Origin: a virus
Lineage: Duplodnaviria; Caudoviricetes
Length of the DNA stretch: 45,599 bases
Virus record (IMG/VR): IMGVR_UViG_3300044788_000027
Span: 1 to 45,599 of that record
Direction: 5' to 3' (one strand)
The position numbers and the translations under genes are program-made. The notes below the pieces were generated by a model. It was given only the letters and a program-made list of their open reading frames with translations. It was not told where the DNA came from and searched no databases. Below, in pieces: positions 7,858 through 16,715 of the stretch (positions are counted from its first letter, which is position 1; the number at the start of each line of letters is the position of its first letter).

Positions 7858-8884
7858 ACACCGGCCGCGCGCCGGCCTCACGCGCGTCGAAGCGGTTCGG
7901 CCGATCGTGATCGGGCACTACAAGCTGACCGCGACCGGCATGGATGTGGACGGCCGGCCCGACTTTGCCGAGCATGCTTCAGTCGGCGAGTTCATCCGCC
8001 GCGCGCAATTCGCGAGCGGATTTTGGCTCGCCGATTGGCTGCGCTACGGCGACAGTCGGCACGAATGGCAGGAGCGGCTCGAGCAGGCCATCGACGCCAC
8101 CGGCTACAGCGAGAAGACGCTCAAGAACGTGCGCGCGGTCGGTGCGATCGAGAAATCCCGACGTCGGGAAGGCATCGAGTTCGGCCTGCATGATGCCGTC
8201 GCCTCGCTCGAGCCGGAGGAACAAAGCGACTGGCTCGAACGCGCCGCGGAAAACGGTTGGGGGGTGCGCGAGCTGCGCCTCTCGATTCGCGCGGCGCGCC
8301 GGCGCCGCGTGCTCGAGGGCCAGGCCACGCTCACCGGCATGTATCGCGTGATCTACGCGGATCCGCCCTGGCTCTACGGCGACAGCGGGCCCACCGCGGA
8401 CGGCAGCCTGGGCAAATCGGAACGGCACTATCCGGGCATGACGATCGACGAGCTCTGCCGGCTGCCCGTCGCCGCGCACTGCACGCCGCACGCCGTGTTG
8501 TTCCTCTGGACGACGGCGCCCTTTCTGATGATGAACCCCGGCCCGCGCGAGGTGCTCGAGGCGTGGGGGTTTGACTACAAGACGGGCCTCGTGTGGGATA
8601 AGGTGTTCGGCAACTTCGGGCACTACGTGCACGTGGCCCATGAACACCTGCTGATCTGCACGCGCGGATCGTGCCTGCCTGACGAGCCGATCCCGTCGCC
8701 CTCGAGCGTCTACCACGAACGGCGCTCGAGCATCCACAGCGAGAAACCCGCCGGCGTGCGGAAACTAATCGAGCAGCTCTACACGACCGGGCCCTATCTC
8801 GAGCTCTTCGGACGCGAACCTGTGCCCGGCTGGTCCGTGTTCGGCAACGACGCCCGACTCTGGGCGGAAGAGGCCGCATCGTGA
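7844..8884 (+). CDS. MT-A70-family N6-adenine methyltransferase with N-terminal LmbU-like DNA-binding domain
   Basis: VIYADPPW, LFLWTT, WGFDYKT, HEHLLI, HSEKP, YLELFGR..GW..FGN; N-terminal FWLADWLRYG..TGYSEKTLKN..EQSDWL. Confidence 0.85.
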   Translation: MERGKHRPRAGLTRVEAVRPIVIGHYKLTATGMDVDGRPDFAEHASVGEFIRRAQFASGFWLADWLRYGDSRHEWQERLEQAIDATGYSEKTLKNVRAVGAIEKSRRREGIEFGLHDAVASLEPEEQSDWLERAAENGWGVRELRLSIRAARRRRVLEGQATLTGMYRVIYADPPWLYGDSGPTADGSLGKSERHYPGMTIDELCRLPVAAHCTPHAVLFLWTTAPFLMMNPGPREVLEAWGFDYKTGLVWDKVFGNFGHYVHVAHEHLLICTRGSCLPDEPIPSPSSVYHERRSSIHSEKPAGVRKLIEQLYTTGPYLELFGREPVPGWSVFGNDARLWAEEAAS

Positions 8885-9192
8885 ACACGACACATCCGAA
8901 ACCCGACATCGAGAAACTCAAGGCACCGAACCGAGTGCCGATCGACGACTCCGTGGTCGGTGCCGTGCAGAACGTGCTCGACGAGCTCGCGCGAGCTATC
9001 GAGACGCACGGGCGCACGTTCGCCAGCATGCACGAAGCCCACAGCGTGATCCTCGAAGAGCTCGAGGAATTCTGGGAAGAGGTTCGCAAAAAGAAAAGCG
9101 AGCGGAGTCAGCCGCGCATGCGGTTCGAGCTCTGCCAGATCGCGGCGATGGCAATCAAGGCCATGCTGCAGAACGAACGCGGAACCGTTTAG
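8881..9192 (+). CDS. MazG-like NTP pyrophosphohydrolase-fold protein
   Basis: HEAHSVILEELEEFWEEV..ELCQIAAMAIK. Confidence 0.55.
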   Translation: MNTTHPKPDIEKLKAPNRVPIDDSVVGAVQNVLDELARAIETHGRTFASMHEAHSVILEELEEFWEEVRKKKSERSQPRMRFELCQIAAMAIKAMLQNERGTV

Positions 9193-9203
9193 GAGGCACA
9201 ACA

Positions 9204-9458
9204 ATGGACAAACCAAGCGTCGGGCGCATCGTGCACTACGTGGCTTACGGCACACCGGGCGGCGAGTTCCCCGCCGGCGTCTGCCGGGCGGCCACGATCA
9301 CCGAAGTCGGCATCCCGCTCGCCGAGAACATCGAGCCGGATCCGCATGAGCGCGTCGGCATCATGGTAGCGAATCCGACCGGCCTGTTTTTCAACCGCGG
9401 CATCCCGCACGACGAGAACAAGGCGCCCGGCACGTGGCACTGGCCGGAGCGCGTCTGA
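9204..9458 (+). CDS. Conserved phage hypothetical protein
   Basis: AGGAGG SD; PSVGRIVHY..AA.IT..TWHWPERV is a recurrent phage pattern. Confidence 0.75.
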   Translation: MDKPSVGRIVHYVAYGTPGGEFPAGVCRAATITEVGIPLAENIEPDPHERVGIMVANPTGLFFNRGIPHDENKAPGTWHWPERV

Positions 9459-9721
9459 TGATCCTCGAGATCTACCTCGACAGCCACGGGCGCAAAGCGC
9501 ACTGTAAATCTTGCGGCGCGGCGATCGAGTGGGCCGAGCTCAAGAGCGGGAAGAAAATGCCGTTCGACTGGCCGATCGTGGTGACGCAGACCGAGGGCAG
9601 CCCGATCAAGGACGGCACGCGCGTCATCGAGCGCGTCGATAGCACGATCTCACAGTCGCATTTCGTCACCTGCCCCGACGCGCAGCAGTGGCGACGCGAA
9701 CACGGGAGGCGACGCCGATAA
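9458..9721 (+). CDS. Zn-ribbon protein
   Basis: CKSCGAAIEW..GKKMPFD..SHFVTCP. Confidence 0.7.
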   Translation: MILEIYLDSHGRKAHCKSCGAAIEWAELKSGKKMPFDWPIVVTQTEGSPIKDGTRVIERVDSTISQSHFVTCPDAQQWRREHGRRRR

Positions 9722-9763
9722 CCGGCGGCCCGTTGAACATCGAAGCATGAAGGGGGTAGAGAG

Positions 9764-10735
9764 ATGGCACAAGGCATCAAGCTCGTTCGGCCGTCGTCTG
9801 ATTCCGAGAAACGCACGCGCACCACCGTGGACACGATCGAGCTTACGCCGGCGCTGGTGAAAACCTGGCAGATCCCGCCGTTTCAGCGGGCGTTCCGCCT
9901 GAATCGAAAAGTGCAGGAGGTCGTGCAGCAGATCATCACGGACGGCGGCGTGCTGCCCGGCGTGATCACGCTCGGCGTGTTTGAAGGCAGTGTCTACATC
10001 GTGGACGGCCAGCACCGCGTCAAGGCCTTTGAGATGAGTCAGCTGCCGCTCGGCTACGCGGACGTGCGCCAGCACTATTTCACAACGCTCGCCGAGATGT
10101 CCGACGAGTTCGTGCAACTGAACAGCAGCCTGGTGCGCCTGCGGCCCGATGACATTCTGCGCGGCCTCGAGGCATCGACGCCCGTGCTGCAGCGCCTTCG
10201 GAAACGGTGCCCGTTCATCGGTTACGAGCACATTCGGCGTAGCGGTTCCGGCGCCGTGATGTCTATGTCCACGTTCATACGGGCCTGGGTGGGCGGGCGG
10301 AACGAGTCGCCGGCCATCACCGTGCCCGCGACGACGGCCGTGCAGTTGCTCGACGAGGAAGAAGCGAACGGCGCGATCGACTTCGCGACCCTGTGCTTTG
10401 GGGCCTGGCAGCGGGACAACGAATACGCGAAACTCTGGTCAGGCATCAACATGATGCTCTGTGCCTGGCTCTACCGGCGGCTGGTGATGGGCCAGGGCGT
10501 TTCAAGCACCTCGAGATGGACCCGCTACACGAAAGAGGATTTTCGGCGCGCACTGATGGCTCTCTCGAGTGAGGCGATGTATCTCGAGTTTCTTGTCGGG
10601 CGGAACGTCAGCGGGCGCGATCGCTCGCCGGCCTACAGCCGCATCAAGACCATCATCGGCCGGCGTTATCAGCAGGACCACAATAAGAAACCGCTGCACC
10701 CGCAACCCTCGTGGTCGCACTCGGGAGCGCGGTAA
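9764..10735 (+). CDS. ParB/Srx-like (DGQHR) domain protein
   Basis: PFQR..YIVDGQHR..EFVQLNS. Confidence 0.7.
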   Translation: MAQGIKLVRPSSDSEKRTRTTVDTIELTPALVKTWQIPPFQRAFRLNRKVQEVVQQIITDGGVLPGVITLGVFEGSVYIVDGQHRVKAFEMSQLPLGYADVRQHYFTTLAEMSDEFVQLNSSLVRLRPDDILRGLEASTPVLQRLRKRCPFIGYEHIRRSGSGAVMSMSTFIRAWVGGRNESPAITVPATTAVQLLDEEEANGAIDFATLCFGAWQRDNEYAKLWSGINMMLCAWLYRRLVMGQGVSSTSRWTRYTKEDFRRALMALSSEAMYLEFLVGRNVSGRDRSPAYSRIKTIIGRRYQQDHNKKPLHPQPSWSHSGAR

Positions 10736-11031
10736 TGCCTGCCGACGATCGCGCGCGTGACGACTTTTGGCAGGACATCGGCCGGCCGCCTGACGACCAG
10801 GAGCTCGATCCGCAAGCGGCCTGCGACGCGCTCGAACAGTTTTTCGCGCGCGGCCTCGCCGCGCAACGGGCCGTAGACCAGGAGGTGCAGCATGCCACTG
10901 AAAAAGGGGAGCAGCCGCAAGACGATCAGCCGCAACATCCGCGAGCTCGAGCACTCGACGACGAAGGCCGGCCGGCAACGAAGCCACAAGCAGAACGTCG
11001 CGATCGCCTTGGGGCTGGCCCGCAAGAGTAG
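10735..11031 (+). CDS. Acidic hypothetical protein
   Basis: TAATG coupling; 3' half overlaps the next gene. Confidence 0.4.
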   Translation: MPADDRARDDFWQDIGRPPDDQELDPQAACDALEQFFARGLAAQRAVDQEVQHATEKGEQPQDDQPQHPRARALDDEGRPATKPQAERRDRLGAGPQE

Positions 11032-11044
11032 GGGCAAGAAGTGA
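10892..11044 (+). CDS. Small basic phage protein (MPLKKG..AIAL type), 50 aa
   Basis: GGAGGT SD; MPLKKGSSRKTISRNIRE..QNVAIAL; not in the ORF track; TGATG coupled downstream. Confidence 0.7.
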   Translation: MPLKKGSSRKTISRNIRELEHSTTKAGRQRSHKQNVAIALGLARKSRGKK

Positions 11045-11286
11045 TGGGCGAATGGTGTCGGCACTGCGGACACCGCTACGCGCAGGACCGCACGCGGCTG
11101 TGCCGCACCTGCCTGAAGGCCGCCGGCGTGTTCTACGGCGTGCTCGAGCTCGAGCGGGTGCGCCTGGAACGCGCGCGAGAAAAAGACCGGGCCCGCCGGG
11201 TGCCGGCCGACGAGCTCCAGCGCCGGCCGCCGATCGAGCGTGTGATTGACGGCCGCGTCTACTGGATCACCTGGGACGGCGCGTAA
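11044..11286 (+). CDS. Zn-finger protein
   Basis: CRHC..CRTC. Confidence 0.55.
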   Translation: MGEWCRHCGHRYAQDRTRLCRTCLKAAGVFYGVLELERVRLERAREKDRARRVPADELQRRPPIERVIDGRVYWITWDGA

Positions 11287-11289
11287 GGC

Positions 11290-11490
11290 ATGGAACGCAT
11301 TGCCCCCGGCATCTATCTCGACGGCGACCACGATCTACATCTCGATCTGCCGGAGCTGCTCGCCGCACACGGTTACGAGCGCACCCCGGAAAACGAGCGC
11401 GCCGCGATCCGGGCGGCCGTGAACATCTTCGACGGCCACGTGCAAGTCATTACCTACGGGGCCGAGTTCGGCCCGACAAAGGAGTCGTAG
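11290..11490 (+). CDS. Hypothetical protein
   Basis: Fills the gap; typical codon use. Confidence 0.55.
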   Translation: MERIAPGIYLDGDHDLHLDLPELLAAHGYERTPENERAAIRAAVNIFDGHVQVITYGAEFGPTKES

Positions 11491-11493
11491 CCC

Positions 11494-11781
11494 ATGATCT
11501 CCCCGAGCACGGATCCCTGGCTGAATTTCCTGCACGCGCGCAAGCTCTGCATCGACGAGCTATTCAAGGTCGGCCGCACGCCCGACGAGATCGCCCGCCA
11601 GTTGTCGATGGACGCCGATCAGGCGCTTCTGATCGCCATGACGGCTGTGATGGTCAACCGCCACGGCAAGCTGTTCGTGCGCCGCGGCGGCCAGGTGGAC
11701 GAGTTGACCAAGGGACTAACAGCCGAACAGATCGAGCAGCTCCGTGAGCGGTTCAAGAATCCCCTTGGCAAAGCGACGTAA
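11494..11781 (+). CDS. Possible HTH protein
   Basis: AAGGAG SD; GRTPDEIARQLSM. Confidence 0.5.
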   Translation: MISPSTDPWLNFLHARKLCIDELFKVGRTPDEIARQLSMDADQALLIAMTAVMVNRHGKLFVRRGGQVDELTKGLTAEQIEQLRERFKNPLGKAT

Positions 11782-12322
11782 GGCGCCCAAGCGCCGGGAG
11801 CAGGTCGAGCTGAAACCGCCGCCCGGCCTCACGGCTGAGCAGCAGCGGTTCGTGCACGAATACGACGCCAACGGCGGCAACGGCACCCAGGCCTACCTGG
11901 CGGCCTATCCTGAGTGCAAGAGCGTCAACGCGGCAGCCGTGAACGCCTCGAAGCTGCTAAGGAATACTAAGATCCGCGAGCCGATCAACACGCTGGCGGC
12001 GGCGCGGTTCAAACGGCTGCAAATGAGTGGCGACGAGGCGCTTGCGCTCGAGGCGCTCTCGGCGCGCGCGGACATCCGCGAGCTCTACGACGAGCACGGC
12101 AAGCTGCTGCCAATCGCCGCCTGGCCGGACTCGATCGCGCGCTGCGTGAAGAGCATTCGGCCGGGCCCGTTCGGCGACACCATCGTGCTCGAGGACCGCC
12201 ACCAGGCGCGCCGCGTGGTGCTCGAGGCGACCGGCAAGCTCAAGAATCCGATTGCGGCCGGCGCCCTGAGCCTAGCTCGACTGCTGACGGGCGATTACAC
12301 AGAAGCGGACGCGGAGGGGTAG
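11744..12322 (+). CDS. terS: Terminase small subunit (start may be TTG11765)
   Basis: LTAEQQRFVHEY..NGTQAYLAAY..AAVNASKLLRNTKI..ADIRELYDEHGKLLP. Confidence 0.85.
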   Translation: MSGSRIPLAKRRKAPKRREQVELKPPPGLTAEQQRFVHEYDANGGNGTQAYLAAYPECKSVNAAAVNASKLLRNTKIREPINTLAAARFKRLQMSGDEALALEALSARADIRELYDEHGKLLPIAAWPDSIARCVKSIRPGPFGDTIVLEDRHQARRVVLEATGKLKNPIAAGALSLARLLTGDYTEADAEG

Positions 12323-12359
12323 GATGTGGGCGCCCGATTTGAGTCACCATCTGGGGAGA

Positions 12360-13550
12360 ATGGATATGGTCGTTGACCGTGGCGAGTTCTACAACATGCT
12401 GCTGCAGCTCGATGCGTTCTACCGAGCCCCGGACGGCCTGCAGCGACCGGAAGGCTTGGCGTTCGCGGATCCGATTCGCGCCGATCTCGAGGGCGTAACG
12501 GCCTGGGGCTTCGACGTCTACCTCAATCGGCGCGAAAACGGCGCGACGCCGGAACAGGCGTGGCACGAAGTCGAGCGCCAGATTCGACAGAGCGACGAGT
12601 GGAAGAGCAAGCATCCCGCGCCGGAGCCGGAGCCCGGCGACTGGCCGACCGTCCCGACGTTCACGCCGGCGCCGCGCGGCTACCGTGGCGATATGTGCGG
12701 CAGCGACCTCGACGGCCTGCCGCTGCTGCCGGGCACGCGTGACCCGCGCCTAGTGCTCAGCTGGTTCTACGACCGTTACCTCGACCCAAGCGATCGCCAG
12801 CGTGTGCGCGAGCACTGGCGCGGCAATCAATACACCGACACGTTCCGCAGCTGGCCTGACGCCCGCGAGTTCGGCCTGACGCCGCAGGAGTTCATCGGCA
12901 CCGTGTGCGAGCAGGTGCGCGAGGGCGACCAGGTGACCGTGGCTCTGCTCAGCGACGAGATCGATCCGCACCACGACGTGCCCGAGCTCATCGCGCGCGT
13001 GAACGTCATCGCGCCCGGCATCCTCGCGTCGCGCGCGGTTGGCCGCGTGGTGATCAGCTTCGAGATGGATGCCCTGGTGACGCCTGACGAGGCGGTCGAG
13101 ATCATTCGGGCCGTCGCGCCGCAGTTCGTTCACGCGGGCATCAAGGTCTACGTGCACTACAGCCCGCACGCCTTCAGCATGCTCGCCAATCCGCCGAGCG
13201 AATACACGCAGAACCAGGTGTTCTACAACAAGGTCGTTGGCCTGGTGACGGGCATCATGGCGCAGGCGGATGCCGGATGGACGCAGCCGCGGCTGCTCGA
13301 CTGGATCAACGACTGCCTCGAGCGCTGCGCCGGCCATGACAACATGCCGGCCGTGATGATCGACGATCCGATCGACGGCCCGCACGGCCTCGATTTCATC
13401 CTGCTCGAGAACGGCGCCAGCGAACGCTTCGACGGCACGCTCTCGGAATCCGACTGTCGGCTGCGGGGCCGATGGGCGATGGAAGCGCCGCACCGCACGG
13501 GCCCGGCCGGCGAGGCGCGCGTGATGGGTGTCGGCAACGGTTACCGCTAA
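12360..13550 (+). CDS. Putative glycoside-hydrolase/TIM-barrel-like protein; candidate non-canonical endolysin
   Basis: GGGGAGA upstream; N-terminal domain, PAPEPEP linker, alpha/beta catalytic-size domain; next to a lipoprotein gene. Function inferred. Confidence 0.45.
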   Translation: MDMVVDRGEFYNMLLQLDAFYRAPDGLQRPEGLAFADPIRADLEGVTAWGFDVYLNRRENGATPEQAWHEVERQIRQSDEWKSKHPAPEPEPGDWPTVPTFTPAPRGYRGDMCGSDLDGLPLLPGTRDPRLVLSWFYDRYLDPSDRQRVREHWRGNQYTDTFRSWPDAREFGLTPQEFIGTVCEQVREGDQVTVALLSDEIDPHHDVPELIARVNVIAPGILASRAVGRVVISFEMDALVTPDEAVEIIRAVAPQFVHAGIKVYVHYSPHAFSMLANPPSEYTQNQVFYNKVVGLVTGIMAQADAGWTQPRLLDWINDCLERCAGHDNMPAVMIDDPIDGPHGLDFILLENGASERFDGTLSESDCRLRGRWAMEAPHRTGPAGEARVMGVGNGYR

Positions 13551-13564
13551 CCAAGGAGCTCCAC

Positions 13565-13939
13565 ATGGTGCGCAGACTGCTCGTTGTGTTCCTTCTCAGC
13601 GCCAGCATCGGCTGTGCCACGCTGACGCCGCCGGCCTCGTTGACGGGCCCCGGCCGCACCGCGTTCTACGCGAACGAGGTCAGCATCGCGTTCGGCACGG
13701 TGCAGCATGCCGCGATCGAGCTGAACCGCGTGGCGCTCTTATCGGAGGCGAACACCCGCGGCGTCGTCGAGGTAACGACGGACGTGATCACCACACTGAA
13801 GCAGGCGCCGGAGGGCTGGCAGGCCGCAGCTGCCACCGGCTTAGAGCGCGTGACGCAGCGGCTCGACGCGGCCGGGAAAACCCAACTCGATCCCTATCTG
13901 CACGGCGCCGCCACCATCATCCGGGAGCTCAAGCCATGA
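13565..13939 (+). CDS. Putative lipoprotein
   Basis: AAGGAG SD; MVRRLLVVFLLSASIG-C lipobox-like signal. Confidence 0.65.
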   Translation: MVRRLLVVFLLSASIGCATLTPPASLTGPGRTAFYANEVSIAFGTVQHAAIELNRVALLSEANTRGVVEVTTDVITTLKQAPEGWQAAAATGLERVTQRLDAAGKTQLDPYLHGAATIIRELKP

Positions 13940-14121
13940 ACGCGATTTTTCTCGCGCTGCTCAACATCTTCGGGCCGATCGTCACGAAAATCATCACCGA
14001 CCACCAGGCCCGCACCGGGCGCCTGCCAACGAACGAGGAAATGCTCGCCGAGTTCGAAGCGAACAGCGACGCGATCCTCGCAGAAGGAGCGGCATGGCTG
14101 GCGACGCACCCGAAGCCCTAG
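13936..14121 (+). CDS. Small membrane-associated protein
   Basis: ATGA overlap; hydrophobic N-terminus MNAIFLALLNIFGPIV. Confidence 0.6.
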   Translation: MNAIFLALLNIFGPIVTKIITDHQARTGRLPTNEEMLAEFEANSDAILAEGAAWLATHPKP

Positions 14122-14123
14122 AG

Positions 14124-14297
14124 ATGCTCGGCCGGTCCCCGCTGGCCGTCTTGATCGATCGGCTGCAGCATGACGCCGGGTTCACGTATCAGGCGTCACG
14201 TCGGGGCCGGCGTCTGCCTCTGCGCGCCGCGCCGATCTGGCAGGCGCTCACCCGCACGTTGCTCGAGCGTGAACGTCGCGCCGGTCGCGCGCTGTGA
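14124..14297 (+). CDS. Small hypothetical protein
   Basis: GTGA overlap with the terL start. Confidence 0.35.
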   Translation: MLGRSPLAVLIDRLQHDAGFTYQASRRGRRLPLRAAPIWQALTRTLLERERRAGRAL

Positions 14298-15787
14298 CCG
14301 GCCTCGAGCGCCTCGATATGGCCCGCGCAAAGCTCTTACGCTGGCGCGAACGGCCGGTCGAGATGGTGCGCGAAGAGTTCAAGGTCGAACCTGACGCCTG
14401 GCAGCAGGAAGTGCTGCACGCCTTCGCCAACCCTGACGTCCAGCGCATCGCGATGAAGGCCTGCAAGGGCCCCGGTAAAACAGCCGTCGAGGTCTGGTGT
14501 GGGCTGAACTTCCTGGCGACCCGTCCCTACGCGAAGATCGGCGCGACGTCGATCACCGGCGACAACCTCGACGTCAACCTCTGGGCCGAGTTCAGCAAGT
14601 GGATGCAACGATCGCAGTTCTTCACCGAGAAGTTCAGCTGGTCGAAGACCCGCATCGAAAATAGGCTCGAGCCTGAGAATTGGTTCATCAGCAAACGCAC
14701 CTGGCCGAAGAGCGGCACGGCCGAGCAGCAGGCCGACGCCCTGGCCGGCCTGCACGCCGATTACGTGATGTGGATCGGGGACGAGAGCGGCGGCTACCCG
14801 CAGGGCCTCATGGTGACGATGGAGGCGATCCTGTCGAGCTGCGTCGATGGGAAGATCCTGCAGGGCGGCAACCCGACGCACACGACGGGCCCCCTCTATC
14901 GCGCCTGCACCACTGACCGCGCACTGTGGACCGTGATCACGATCACCGGCGACCCGGACGATCCGAAGCGGTCGCCGCGCATCGGCATCAAATGGGCCCG
15001 GCAGCAGATTGCGCAATACGGTCGAGAGAACCCTTGGGTGATGGTCAACGTGCTCGGCCAGTTCCCGCCCTCGAGCATCAACGCGCTGCTCGGCGTCGAG
15101 GACGTCGAGGCGGCCATGCGGCGATCGTTGAAGGTGCAGGATTACGATTGGGCGCAGAAGCGACTCGGCATCGACGTCGCGCGTTTCGGCGACGACCGCA
15201 CGGTGATCTTCCCGCGGCAGGGCCTCGCGAGCTTTCGGCCGATCATTATGCGCAACGCGCGCACCACCGACATCGCCGCGCGCGCGTTCAAGGCCGGCAC
15301 GAAGTGGGGCGCCGAGATGTATCTGGTGGACGACACCGGGCACTGGGGGCACGGCGTGATCGACAACCTCATCGTCGCCGGCGCGCCCGTCATCCCGATC
15401 GTCTACAGCGGCAAGGCCATCAGCCCGCGCTACCGCAACCGGCGCGCCGAGTTCTGGATGAAGGGCGCCGAAGCCATCAAGGCCGGCGCCGCGCTGCCGT
15501 TTCTGCCGGAGATGGTCGGCGAACTCACGGAACCGACCTATACGTTTCTCAACGGCGTGTTCGTGCTCGAGGAAAAGGACCAAATCAAAGAACGCCTGGG
15601 GTTCTCCCCGGACCTGGGCGACGCTTACATGCAAACCTACGCGCTCGAGGATATGCCGAGCGAGATGATGCAGACCCTTCGGGGCGTGAACCGCGCGCTG
15701 CGCGATGCCGATCCCTACGGCAGTCAAGACCCCTACGCCGATCGCCCCGCCGGCCGCGCGACACGTGACTTCGACCCGAATCAGTGA
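14294..15787 (+). CDS. terL: Terminase large subunit
   Basis: PDAWQ, ACKGPGKT (Walker A), WIGDESGG (Walker B), GGNPT, LGIDVARFGDD, SPDLGDA. Confidence 0.95.
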   Translation: MTGLERLDMARAKLLRWRERPVEMVREEFKVEPDAWQQEVLHAFANPDVQRIAMKACKGPGKTAVEVWCGLNFLATRPYAKIGATSITGDNLDVNLWAEFSKWMQRSQFFTEKFSWSKTRIENRLEPENWFISKRTWPKSGTAEQQADALAGLHADYVMWIGDESGGYPQGLMVTMEAILSSCVDGKILQGGNPTHTTGPLYRACTTDRALWTVITITGDPDDPKRSPRIGIKWARQQIAQYGRENPWVMVNVLGQFPPSSINALLGVEDVEAAMRRSLKVQDYDWAQKRLGIDVARFGDDRTVIFPRQGLASFRPIIMRNARTTDIAARAFKAGTKWGAEMYLVDDTGHWGHGVIDNLIVAGAPVIPIVYSGKAISPRYRNRRAEFWMKGAEAIKAGAALPFLPEMVGELTEPTYTFLNGVFVLEEKDQIKERLGFSPDLGDAYMQTYALEDMPSEMMQTLRGVNRALRDADPYGSQDPYADRPAGRATRDFDPNQ

Positions 15788-15842
15788 AAGCGCCGGCGCG
15801 CGACGGTGCTATCCTCGCGCACACACGAGGGAGCGATGGACG

Positions 15843-16148
15843 ATGAATACGCCGACCCACGACGACAACCCGACACCACGGGGCCCGCGCGCCCTGAAGC
15901 TCGAGAACCAGCTACCGGAACCGATCGAGAAGGCGCTGGATTGGCAGATGCGCCCCGGCAGCCTTGTGGTTGCGGAGGGGGACGGCCGACGCTACAGGAT
16001 CAGCAGCAACTTAGGGACGCTCGAGCGCGATACGAAAAAGCGCTGTGGCAAGGCGGCCCGGCGCGCGGACAAACGCGCGAGGCGCCTGGCCCGCGAACAG
16101 GCCGCGCGGGCCATCTGCTCGAGCACGCCGACCGCCTCGAACGATTGA
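15843..16148 (+). CDS. Basic hypothetical protein
   Basis: GAGGGAG SD; competes with overlapping frame 15836-16306. Confidence 0.45.
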   Translation: MNTPTHDDNPTPRGPRALKLENQLPEPIEKALDWQMRPGSLVVAEGDGRRYRISSNLGTLERDTKKRCGKAARRADKRARRLAREQAARAICSSTPTASND

Positions 16149-16302
16149 TCCTCGAGGGGGTGAGCCGGCAACAGAACACGCTGGTGCTACTCGAGACGGT
16201 CGCCGCGATGGTGGCCGGCTTGCCCACGGCCGCGGCGGTCTACACGCTCGAGTTCCGCATCCCTGTCCTTGGCACGTTTACCGTCCACCTTCGGAGGTCC
16301 GC

Positions 16303-16647
16303 ATGAGAATCGTCTCGATCGCGCTGCTCTGTTCGCTGCTCTTCCTCACATTCATTCGCGCGCAGGGCACGACGTTGGTGCAAGGCGCCAGTGCGATCGC
16401 GCCGGCCGGCGCGCAGGGCAGCCTGGTGCCGGTCATGGTCACCGTAACCTGGCCCGTCCAATTCGCGTCGAGCGCCGTGTCGGTCGTGTGCGGTGTTGAG
16501 GATCCCACCGGCGGAAACCTGGGCGGCAGCTTGTTCGTGCGAAACATCCGCGACGTCACGGCCTCGAGCGTCAAGGTGCCCGTCTGGACGTTGACCGGAT
16601 CCACGGCGCATGCCGGCATCGTGCACTGTCTCGGATCGCACCCGTGA
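16303..16647 (+). CDS. Exported small beta protein (lectin/gp53-like)
   Basis: GGAGG SD; signal peptide; VTVTWPVQFASSAVSVVCG. Confidence 0.55.
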   Translation: MRIVSIALLCSLLFLTFIRAQGTTLVQGASAIAPAGAQGSLVPVMVTVTWPVQFASSAVSVVCGVEDPTGGNLGGSLFVRNIRDVTASSVKVPVWTLTGSTAHAGIVHCLGSHP

Positions 16648-16661
16648 AGGAGGTGATCACC

Positions 16662-16715
16662 GTGGGCAAAACGCACAAAGGCAAGGGCGGCAGGAAGGGG
16701 AAGAAGGGCTACTGA
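16662..16715 (+). CDS. 17-aa Lys/Gly-rich peptide MGKTHKGKGGRKGKKGY
   Basis: Preceded by AAGGAGGTGATC (12-nt anti-SD complement); TGATG-coupled to the GNAT gene. Confidence 0.55.
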   Translation: MGKTHKGKGGRKGKKGY

